Made by a program: the position numbers and the translations under genes. Under the pieces are notes generated by a model. The model saw only the letters and a list, made by a program, of their open reading frames with translations. It was not told the origin of the DNA and did not search any database. From contig CAZURU010000007.1 in assembly GCA_964623585.1 (NCBI GenBank), positions 1-32,691 on the forward strand: a stretch of DNA of 32,691 nt, given 5' to 3'. Origin of the DNA: an uncultured bacterium. Its GTDB lineage: Bacteria > Poribacteria > WGA-4E > WGA-3G. Below are positions 7,929-16,375 of this stretch, piece after piece (the stretch's first letter is position 1; each line of letters starts with the position of its first letter).

Positions 7929-8625
7929 CTAGTTTCGGTCAAATATACATTCACGAAGTTCCTCGTAGACCTTGGTTTCCTTCGTGATACATTTTGAGAG
8001 ATTCTTTTTGAACATATCTGTACTGATGTTCGTCTTTATACCACAAAACTTCTTTATTCGATCAATTTCATCTTTGACGTTTTGATTATTAATATCCGTA
8101 ACAAAGTTATCATAGTCTTCCTCACTGAACATTAGACCTTCAGACTGACAGTATTTTACTAGTATTTCTTTATCAAAGAGATAATTTTCTAATTCCCAAC
8201 GTCTGAGGACTCTATGGTGAGTTGGATTGTTAACCAAATAAAATTGACGATCCCCCTCTTGAACTAATTTTCCAGATGCCATATCACGATCTTTGAGTAC
8301 CCAAATTTCCATGTTTCGCAATTCCTTACCAAGAATTCGTATTGTTATGTCCCTTCGTTGATCCAGTTCGGTTTGTCCACCACTTGACACAAAAACAGTA
8401 TCGGGAAAATCACGAGAAAATATAATTTCGTAAATAGAATTCTGATTTTTCAGTACCGTATGAACGAAACTTTTGTAATTCTTGCTCAAAAGCATCAAAT
8501 ACAGAACTCTTTCCACACCCGTTTGGTCCAACCATAGCAACTATCTTTTTTGGTTGTTGCCCAAGATCAATCGTCAAATCATCAAATCGCTTAAATCCAG
8601 TCATTTTTACGGTGTTAATTCTCAT
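7929..8625 (-). pseudogene. Collapsed P-loop ABC-ATPase / Toprim (OLD- or PARIS AriA/AriB-like) remnant
   Basis: The ATG at 8625 has GGAGA 6 nt upstream. MRINTVKMTGFKRFDDLTIDLGQQPKKIVAMVGPNGCGKSSVFDAF is the N-terminus plus Walker A of SMC/OLD-type ATPases, but the frame stops at 8410 after 71 aa. The overlapping frame down to 7929 encodes ..IWVLKDRDMASG..HHRVLRRWELENYLFD.., resembling the C-terminal half of DUF4435/OLD-type Toprim domains. The 697-nt span is far too short for an intact member of either family. Confidence 0.5.
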
Positions 8626-8852
8626 TTTTATTCTCCATTTTAGATTGTAATTAATTATGAATTCACTTAGAATAATGGTTCCAATATCAAGATAGGAAAT
8701 TATTACTCATTGTAGACACTTGTGAAGTCAACCCATTCCAGCATAAGATAAAGGATCGGCTAACAATAAACATGTATAATTATACCATTAGGCGAAATAA
8801 ATGTCAAGGCAAATTACGAATATTACATAATATATTTATTATTATTTTCATC

Positions 8853-8881
8853 TTTACTTAGAAATAGTCATGTGGTATAGT
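8853..8881 (+). promoter_or_regulatory. Putative sigma70 promoter with extended -10 for the XRE/ImmA operon
   Basis: TTTACT (8853-8858), a 17-nt spacer ending in TGg, then TATAGT (8876-8881). This lies ~35 nt upstream of the ATG at 8917. Confidence 0.35.
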
Positions 8882-8916
8882 AAATACGGTATATCAACAC
8901 CTAAAGGAGCATAACT

Positions 8917-9327
8917 ATGAAATTAGGTCAACGCCTACGCCAGATCCGTAAGGGAAAGAAATTGACTCTTAAAGAACTGAGTCTACAAGCCAATATTTCA
9001 GTTCCATATTTGTCGGATATGGAACGTAGTGTTGTAAATCCATCAATTGACACACTTCAAAAGGTAGCAAAAGCGTATAACATGACCGTCAAAGATCTAA
9101 TTACCGATGTTGATGAACTTGGTGAATCAACATATGCGAATTACCCTGACGAATTTACATCATTTCTTAATGAGTATGAAACGACCTACAATATTGATAA
9201 TGATTGGAAAGAACTATTGATGAAAATTAACTTTCGGGGAAAACAACCCACAACTGTCACAGAATGGCTTGAGTTATATCTTTATCTCAAACGGATTTTA
9301 TCACCAGGAGAAGATAATAATGAATAG
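8917..9327 (+). CDS. XRE/Cro-CI family helix-turn-helix transcriptional regulator (136 aa)
   Basis: MKLGQRLRQIRKGKKLTLKELSLQANISVPYLSDMERSVVNPSIDTLQKVAKAYNMTVKDLI is a canonical HTH_3 pattern. AAGGAG lies 7 nt upstream of the ATG. Confidence 0.88.
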   Translation: MKLGQRLRQIRKGKKLTLKELSLQANISVPYLSDMERSVVNPSIDTLQKVAKAYNMTVKDLITDVDELGESTYANYPDEFTSFLNEYETTYNIDNDWKELLMKINFRGKQPTTVTEWLELYLYLKRILSPGEDNNE

Positions 9328-10156
9328 TGTACAAAAACAGATAATTCAATTGGTGCGAAACACCGTCAATACATATTCGTCAACGCCTATTCCAAATATT
9401 GATGAGATTTGTGATGGTTTAGGATTAGAAATTAGGGAAGATACCATTACAGACGGTAGAGACGGGATGATTGTTGACAAAACCAATATTATTATCAACT
9501 CTAAAATAAGATACGAAGAACGAAAAAGGTTTACAATATTTCACGAAATCATGCATTATCTAATTGATAATGACGACGATTTAATCTCTATACTAAACGC
9601 ATACACTCTTTATAAGGATGGTGAATATGATAGACAATTAGAGATATTTGCGAACATTGGAGCAGCTGAATTTCTGATGCCGAGTGAGGAATTAAGAAAA
9701 CTATATGAAGAAAAAGATTTTAATGTTGAGTTGATTCTCTATGCTGCCAAACTATTTAAATCTTCAACAATTGCTGCAACAATCCAACTTGCTCAAGTTG
9801 CACCAAATGAATGTATTACAGCTATTTGCGAATTTACGCAGGATAAAACAACTCTTATGCAATCCCAGATTATTACTCAGAAAGAAAAATCTCTCAAACG
9901 AAAGTTGCATGTAAGCTATGCTGCTTCGTCACCAAATGTTAAATACATGTTGGCAAAAAATACAGTTATTCCGGGTGATCATCTGATACAGGATGCTTTT
10001 TTACAAGATGTTCCAGTTGAAGGAAAAAGTTACGTTCCTTTTCGGAGTGGTAAAAAAATGCCTTGCTACTGTGAAGCATTGGCAGATGGTGACAGGATCT
10101 ATGCGTTATTCCATTTGACACCTCCACCGAATCCTGACCAATTGAGCCTTATTTAA
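9320..10156 (+). CDS. ImmA/IrrE family zinc metallopeptidase with ~130-150-aa C-terminal extension (278 aa)
   Basis: FTIFHEIMHYLIDND contains the HExxH motif in an ImmA/IrrE-like context. The ATG at 9320 overlaps the upstream stop (ATGAATAG) and has GGAG 9 nt upstream. The ORF-track start at 9269 lies inside the HTH gene and is rejected. Confidence 0.85.
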   Translation: MNSVQKQIIQLVRNTVNTYSSTPIPNIDEICDGLGLEIREDTITDGRDGMIVDKTNIIINSKIRYEERKRFTIFHEIMHYLIDNDDDLISILNAYTLYKDGEYDRQLEIFANIGAAEFLMPSEELRKLYEEKDFNVELILYAAKLFKSSTIAATIQLAQVAPNECITAICEFTQDKTTLMQSQIITQKEKSLKRKLHVSYAASSPNVKYMLAKNTVIPGDHLIQDAFLQDVPVEGKSYVPFRSGKKMPCYCEALADGDRIYALFHLTPPPNPDQLSLI

Positions 10157-10261
10157 GATTTTCTGTTGATGATATTAAATTTTAAGTACTTGAGGCATTA
10201 GGCATAGAAATGGAGTTTCGATTGCTTGATATGTATGGACTCATAGATCGTGTCTATTGGA

Positions 10262-13234
10262 TCAACCATCATACCAACTCGGAAAAGCAACTCCCTTCAG
10301 CTTAAGCCCCATCAACTCCGCATCGAGATCACATTTAGACTGCTTCCCACCGTGGATACTCGGTTCAGCGCAGAGCATCTCGCGAAGTGTCTGCATAGAC
10401 TCCAATACGTTATCACTTGTAATGCCCAACACATCAATCAACAGCGAACGGTCTAATTCCTCGCGTACAGGATCATGCGCGCATTCGTTAACTGGCAGCA
10501 TCCGTTTATATTTCAACCGTTCAAATATCGCCTCAGCATTTGCTAATGCCTCATAGGAGAGTTCACGGACATCCAGCGTAGGTAGTGTCCCTAAGGTATT
10601 GAGTGTTAGAATACCGCGACCCGCTTGTTGCTTTCCACTATGTATCCAATGGCACATTAAGCCCAATGTTGAGTTACACCACAGCGCGAAAGCGGTTTCG
10701 TGCTGTGGACTTTCAAATGCTACGTTAGTTATCCTGTTAACCCCAACCGAAGGTGCCGCCGTTACGAGTACCAGGGTTGAGTTGGCATTGAATCTCAAGT
10801 ACAAATTGTAATGAGCTCTACTGTTTTTAGTCAGGATTTTCCGAAGATTTTCTTCTGTGTTCCCACGCGGGATGCCTTTAGAGTCAGGTTCAACAAACAT
10901 TGATCGCTGAGTTTCACTTTTCAAACTCCATAGACAAGGATATCCATCGCCCTTGGCATCACCTTTAATCATGTCAAACGGTCCGTCTTTTCCATAGACA
11001 CTTTCTGGGTGCCATCCAACCTGCGCTATGTCCTCTACACGACACATAGGGACTTCAACATTAGTTGTTTGCATCGGTAAATATAGGACACCTCTTTGTA
11101 TGCTATATGCAGCCTGAATCAATGCCATCGATCGTACGCGCGACACTCCCCAACCCTCACCAAGTAAGAGTGGACAGTCTAACATTTGTCCAACAGTGTC
11201 ATTGCCAATTCTGATTATATCTCCGCCATTAGGCGCGTCTTCTAAGCGTCGTGTGCTGTCGTTTCGGTTAACATAGTTCGCAATTTCGACCGCTTCTAAG
11301 ATGCTCTGTGGTCGCCTGTTCAGGGATATGAATTTCCCTAGTCCTGTATCGGCACCCGTTCCTTTCTTTGCTACCACAATGCATTCTGCCATGCCAGTAT
11401 CCGCGGAGAACGCCGCGTCTTCTGCCTTTGCTTCGGCAATGGTAAGGACCATGACGTTGTGATATTCTATTGCCAACATGCCACGCATTTTTTGCATTGT
11501 AGATGACGTTAGAATTGTTGCTGGCAAAATGAAACCCATTGTGCCACCGTACTTAAGTTTCCTGTCTGCAAGGTCTACAAAATAGGATGCGAGTCCGCTC
11601 AAGCCATGTGCTATTCGCGAATCTTTACCTCGCAGTACTGCCTGCATTGCCTTCTTATCTACCTCTGGACGATCACTGCCCTGGAATGTGGTTTTTGGTA
11701 TACTACTACCTTGATCTGTTCCTGGTTTCGTAAAGGGTGGGTTTTGAATCACAATGTCAACATCACTATGCTGGAACGTCTGCTGGAGTTTGACTACGGT
11801 GTTCTCCTCACCGCCTACTTGTTCAGCCTCTGTATCAAACAGTTTCATATCATCAAGCAATTCCAATGAACCGATAGCGTAACCGCCACTATCCATGATC
11901 CCATAAGGTGCAGTTACTATTTGTGTGCCACCGATTTTGATGTCAGCATAGGTACTGGCAAGTGCTGCAGCAGTAAGGTGTGTAGCATTTGGCATAATAT
12001 CTACACCGCCAAGGTTCTCCTCTAACATTTTTTGATGGATCTCCCTGCCGTTGCCACCTGCTTGTTCATACAGAGACAAGATACGTTGATAGACTCCGTT
12101 GAGCAACGCGCCTGTGCCGCATGCAAAGTCTGCAACTTTCGGGAGTTTACCCTTCGGCAGTTCAGGCATCACAAGCGTAGAGAGCAACACCGCACTTTCG
12201 GGAAGTGTGTAGTTTGCTTTGACGTATTTTCTATCAGTGATGAGCTTCTGAAATACGATACCCGCGAGTTCGTGTATCTGTGCGATACCGGTATCAACAA
12301 GGTCTTTGGCAGCCTCACATAAGAGCCTTAAGATATGTTTGACAAGTTTGTCATCAGTCGCGAGTGCTTCAACGAGGTTACGCGCATCTTCAAAGATGGG
12401 ACGATAGTTAACCTTGAGGATTGTGTTCCAGTCATCAATAACATCAGCATAATCAATTGTCGGGAGGAGTTGACGGAGTGAGCGGACATATTCCATCTCT
12501 GTTTTACCAGCAAGGGAACTCTGAAACACAAAAGCATCGGTGATTATCAGTGCTGCCATACGGAGCGTTTGAATGTTGGGGATTCGCGATTCAGGGATCG
12601 CTCCTACAGAAGAATCTTCCTCAGAAAAGACCTCTTGGTGCAGAATAGTCTCAATTTTCTTGCCGATAGCAGGATGTTCAACGATAGCATCTTCAAGTAG
12701 GTAAGCTGCCTTATTGACGCTTTTCTCCATATCTTCAGCTGCCGCTTCAAGGTGAGAGTTCGGCATTGCACCGACGCGGAGTGCATTTGCTATGTCCGCA
12801 ACCGTACCTGTTGCCCATCCGTTTGCCGGGAAATGTCCAACGGTGTCACCCACGGTATTGACAAGCTTGTATTGGAGGTCATCCGCATCACGTAGTTGTG
12901 CGTTGATATCCCTTCCAGGCATCGTCTTAAATCGGTCAGGATATAGGATTGCCATGACGTTATTGAGGGTTTTTCCAACGACGTGGTATTCCGTTTCAAG
13001 TTCGAGAACAAGTCTGTCTTCTGCTTGGGTAATAAGATTCTTGGCATTCGTCGTGGTCAAAAACTTTGCTTCAATGCCGACAGGTTCTCTACCCCGTTCA
13101 ATAACGATAGCATCAAGTTCACTGTTGCCTTTAAAGAAGGCATTGACTTCGGTTTCGAGTTCCCATCCGTGACGCATGTGCCGTAAGATGTTCACTAATT
13201 CATTTGTGATTGTGGTTTCGCGTCTTTTTGGCAT
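10262..13234 (-). CDS. Single-chain restriction-modification enzyme candidate (type IIG/IIL-like): N-terminal PD-(D/E)xK-like nuclease, gamma-class N6-adenine methyltransferase, C-terminal target-recognition region (990 aa)
   Basis: SAM motif I DFACGTGALL (nt 12101-12130) precedes motif IV NPPF (nt 11732-11743), the gamma order. N-terminal ELDAIVIERGREPVGIEAKF gives D41-x13-E55-x-K57. About 480 aa follow NPPF. No separate methylase or specificity gene is adjacent. Confidence 0.75.
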   Translation of the reverse strand: MPKRRETTITNELVNILRHMRHGWELETEVNAFFKGNSELDAIVIERGREPVGIEAKFLTTTNAKNLITQAEDRLVLELETEYHVVGKTLNNVMAILYPDRFKTMPGRDINAQLRDADDLQYKLVNTVGDTVGHFPANGWATGTVADIANALRVGAMPNSHLEAAAEDMEKSVNKAAYLLEDAIVEHPAIGKKIETILHQEVFSEEDSSVGAIPESRIPNIQTLRMAALIITDAFVFQSSLAGKTEMEYVRSLRQLLPTIDYADVIDDWNTILKVNYRPIFEDARNLVEALATDDKLVKHILRLLCEAAKDLVDTGIAQIHELAGIVFQKLITDRKYVKANYTLPESAVLLSTLVMPELPKGKLPKVADFACGTGALLNGVYQRILSLYEQAGGNGREIHQKMLEENLGGVDIMPNATHLTAAALASTYADIKIGGTQIVTAPYGIMDSGGYAIGSLELLDDMKLFDTEAEQVGGEENTVVKLQQTFQHSDVDIVIQNPPFTKPGTDQGSSIPKTTFQGSDRPEVDKKAMQAVLRGKDSRIAHGLSGLASYFVDLADRKLKYGGTMGFILPATILTSSTMQKMRGMLAIEYHNVMVLTIAEAKAEDAAFSADTGMAECIVVAKKGTGADTGLGKFISLNRRPQSILEAVEIANYVNRNDSTRRLEDAPNGGDIIRIGNDTVGQMLDCPLLLGEGWGVSRVRSMALIQAAYSIQRGVLYLPMQTTNVEVPMCRVEDIAQVGWHPESVYGKDGPFDMIKGDAKGDGYPCLWSLKSETQRSMFVEPDSKGIPRGNTEENLRKILTKNSRAHYNLYLRFNANSTLVLVTAAPSVGVNRITNVAFESPQHETAFALWCNSTLGLMCHWIHSGKQQAGRGILTLNTLGTLPTLDVRELSYEALANAEAIFERLKYKRMLPVNECAHDPVREELDRSLLIDVLGITSDNVLESMQTLREMLCAEPSIHGGKQSKCDLDAELMGLKLKGVAFPSWYDG

Positions 13235-13517
13235 ACATTTCTTCCGCTTCTAGACCCATAAATATTTGTTAAATAAGAAGTTAGGGTGCTGAAACCCCTA
13301 ATGAACGCTAAAAGCGAATTGCTTTCTCTGTGGATCAAACTTATCTGTTATTTTATCAGAAACCATCAGAATAAAGCAGCTCCTAATGCTCAAGGGTGTG
13401 TAGAGCTTTTGACACTTAACTGACAGAGAGGGAATATATTTAACCCAAGAAATCAATCCACTATAGAAATTACCGAAATATTTGTTTAATTTTCATACGG
13501 AACTAATACGGAAGTAT

Positions 13518-15854
13518 CTATTGTTTTCTTTTGTCTGCTGACCATTGACACCTATCGATCCAATAACGCGCTGAGAGTTTTGTTCCTTTATGGAGTGTTT
13601 CAATATTTGCTATTTCTGTAAATATTGCCGCAGCAGTTGCGTAATCTTTCTGATAGTAATTACAGATTCCTAATAACCGCTGGGTTCTTAATAGTATATC
13701 TAAATGAATCTCTTTGTCATCCGAAACTTGATGGAGTTCCACTACCTTGTTCAAATAACGTATACTTAAATCCCATGACCTCTCTTTATACAGTAACTCA
13801 GCAATGAGATAATAAGCTAACCATTCTTCAGGTTCTCCAGCAATTATCTGATGCAGCAGTGCCATTTTGGTAGCACTTCCTACCTGTCCATCTGAACTAA
13901 CTGAAATTAGGACATCTCTTAACAACTCTTGTGTTTCTTTGCCGTAGCGACTATTCAATGACGCAATCCGAGATAATATCCTGCGACTGGTCAATTCTCT
14001 TGGTGCATAAGATGTCGCATCTTCATATAGAAACAGTGCTTCGTTTACATTGTCATTCAACCATTGCATATCACCCAAAAGTAATGAAACTTCGGCTTTA
14101 TAAGATGAATCCTGTCTCTTCATAAGTTGTCTTGCATACGATTCCGCGAGGTCAAAATCTTTCGCTTGAAATGTACTATACATCAGCCCTCGCAAGGTCA
14201 GTGGATTGTCAGGTTCATGGAATAGCATTGAATTAAATGTTCTGATAGCAGCCCTATAATCCTTTCTGTAATATGCGTTCCAGGCTTTTGCGCGTAATGA
14301 AGCCATCTCGTGCGCGCACACCTGTTCAAATATTCCACCACGTTTAAGTCGCCGTTCTGCATACCTCTTTTCTATTTCTGTCAATAGGACTGTATCTGAT
14401 AAGAAGTCCAGCCATTCTTGCTCTAATTCAACTAATTCCTTCCCATATACCTGAGTTAAATTCCCAGTTGGAAAGGCATCCTTTAGCATATCAATACCAT
14501 ACGCATCAACAAGATAACGAATAAATGATCCAGCCAGTAGGTAGCTGCGTGATCCTGCATGTCTCCAAAACCCTAACCCGATTACACTGGATAGAGATGG
14601 TGCGACGTTGAGTTCACGCATCGCTCTTGCCCATTGGTGAACTGTGAGTTTTCCTTCATCCCAATCTGCTGCAACTGCAATACCCTCGTGAATACCTACG
14701 TTTAGACTTACTTTCCATGGAGACCAATCGGCTGTGAAGACGTGTGCAAGTTCATGCTTTAAGACAGGATGTGGGAATCCCTGAACATGTAAATGGAATC
14801 CGTACCCAAACGGGTCCTCAACATAAGTATTGCCAGCACCTATCAGCCGTTTCTTCTGCTCTGGTGAAGTATATAGATAAGCACGCACTTTTCTGGAAAT
14901 GTCAGACTGCAAATATTTTTCCAACTGTGAGTACTGAAACTCACAGTCATCAGCGAATAGATCTATATCTTCTTCAAGGTCTTGTGAATAGTATATCTTA
15001 AAATGGGCTGTTTCTCTAAATCCTCCTAATGCTTGTTCTATATCACTGCGTGATGGACGGATGCCTATTTTCCCGGCGAATACTTCAAAGCACATAATAG
15101 AAATGAATAAGACACACACGACAGCAGTCCCCCAAACGGACTTTCTATATTTCAGAACGTTCAGTTTTCTCCAATTCAGTTTTGGTATAAAACCGCTCTC
15201 TCTCCCGATTTCACACGTCATGATAGAGACAGATGTAAACAAAAAAGCCAATACAAACGTTTCAGTTCTTGAAAATATCAACACATCTGTAATGGAGATT
15301 ACGAAATCATAAATCGGACCTGGGAAATAACCGAGAATTGGATGATATGCAAATACAGGTGGGTGAAATATCAGATTAGAAATAACAGGAATTAACGACA
15401 CTAACAGAAACACTATGTATGAGAGATAAGATAGCCATCTCTTCTTTATCAATAGACCGAAAAAAACACCTGCAGCCGTTACTGCTAAACAACTTAACAC
15501 GGGTAGAATAAGATAGAAAAGAAAACCCTCGCTGTAATCGCAGTTTTTTACCCTTAACGAGTTTAGCAGTATGATCACTAAAGGGACAATTAGGAGAATA
15601 GCATTGGCGTATAGCGCACGGATGAGACATTCAAGGACGACTCGTTTAGGTGAACCCGACAGTAATTCCGGTTGTTTCTTTAGAACGTGAATTTCAGTGA
15701 TAGCAACATGTGCTGCAGCAAATGAAATACATAAGGTTACTATAGCACAGAACTCATATCCCAAGATATTAAACAGGGGAATTGTCGTAAGAATGAATGA
15801 TAGACCAACAAAACCAGCGAACCAAAGCCAGTATGAAACAGTTTTAAAAATCAT
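13518..15854 (-). CDS. Polytopic membrane protein with Peptidase_MA-like (HExxH) domain and C-terminal TPR repeats (778 aa)
   Basis: The N-terminal ~260 aa hold multiple hydrophobic helices. VLKHELAHVF ... GIHEGIAVA matches a gluzincin HExxH plus downstream E, as in Peptidase_MA_2. The C-terminal ~280 aa are TPR-like. Confidence 0.75.
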   Translation of the reverse strand: MIFKTVSYWLWFAGFVGLSFILTTIPLFNILGYEFCAIVTLCISFAAAHVAITEIHVLKKQPELLSGSPKRVVLECLIRALYANAILLIVPLVIILLNSLRVKNCDYSEGFLFYLILPVLSCLAVTAAGVFFGLLIKKRWLSYLSYIVFLLVSLIPVISNLIFHPPVFAYHPILGYFPGPIYDFVISITDVLIFSRTETFVLAFLFTSVSIMTCEIGRESGFIPKLNWRKLNVLKYRKSVWGTAVVCVLFISIMCFEVFAGKIGIRPSRSDIEQALGGFRETAHFKIYYSQDLEEDIDLFADDCEFQYSQLEKYLQSDISRKVRAYLYTSPEQKKRLIGAGNTYVEDPFGYGFHLHVQGFPHPVLKHELAHVFTADWSPWKVSLNVGIHEGIAVAADWDEGKLTVHQWARAMRELNVAPSLSSVIGLGFWRHAGSRSYLLAGSFIRYLVDAYGIDMLKDAFPTGNLTQVYGKELVELEQEWLDFLSDTVLLTEIEKRYAERRLKRGGIFEQVCAHEMASLRAKAWNAYYRKDYRAAIRTFNSMLFHEPDNPLTLRGLMYSTFQAKDFDLAESYARQLMKRQDSSYKAEVSLLLGDMQWLNDNVNEALFLYEDATSYAPRELTSRRILSRIASLNSRYGKETQELLRDVLISVSSDGQVGSATKMALLHQIIAGEPEEWLAYYLIAELLYKERSWDLSIRYLNKVVELHQVSDDKEIHLDILLRTQRLLGICNYYQKDYATAAAIFTEIANIETLHKGTKLSARYWIDRCQWSADKRKQ

Positions 15855-15878
15855 ATTTGAAAATAAGGAGCAACTAAA

Positions 15879-16358
15879 ATGAAAAATATTTACAGAATCT
15901 CATTAACCCTATTTCTACTTTCATTTGCATTTTTTCTGCACGGTTGCGAAGAATCGAGGTCTGGCGGCAGTGGAACCATTGACCTCGCTCGCGGTGAACC
16001 CAATATCATTGAATCAGTTCTTGCAATATCAGTCTTTGAAGATAGACCAGATGGTATTATAGATACATTCGATCCAGAACTGGATAAACAGGTCTATCTC
16101 TGGATGCTATGGGAAAATATAGATAAAACCCACTCTGTCAGGGTTGATTGGTATTCCCCAGATCAAGACGAAGATGATCCACCATTTTGGAGTGAAGAGA
16201 GACGAATCACCTCAAATACGGGTGAAAAAATAACATGGTTCTATATTGATGCCCCAGAAGGCGGATTAAGTCTCAATCGCTTTACCTCAGGTTATTGGAC
16301 TGTGGAAGTCTTCCTTGACGATCTCTTTGAACGTAGTCATTTTTTCTTTATGGAATAA
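15879..16358 (+). CDS. Small secreted/lipoprotein candidate (159 aa)
   Basis: MKNIYRISLTLFLLSFAFFLHGCEE is a signal peptide with an L-H-G-C lipobox-like site. AAGGAG lies 8 nt upstream. Confidence 0.7.
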   Translation: MKNIYRISLTLFLLSFAFFLHGCEESRSGGSGTIDLARGEPNIIESVLAISVFEDRPDGIIDTFDPELDKQVYLWMLWENIDKTHSVRVDWYSPDQDEDDPPFWSEERRITSNTGEKITWFYIDAPEGGLSLNRFTSGYWTVEVFLDDLFERSHFFFME

Positions 16359-16375
16359 TACACAATCACTTTATA

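Noticed and set aside
10262-13234. The 990-aa methyltransferase as BREX PglX or a DISARM/other multi-gene system component
   Set aside because: No brxA/B/C, pglZ, brxL, drm or helicase genes are present in the window. The N-terminal PD-(D/E)xK-like motif fits a self-contained type IIG enzyme better.
13281-13301. Hairpin ttaggg-N9-ccctaa as terminator of the 778-aa gene
   Set aside because: The stem is only 6 bp with a 9-nt loop. It lies ~220 nt beyond the stop codon and has only a weak T-run on the minus strand, so it is not convincing.
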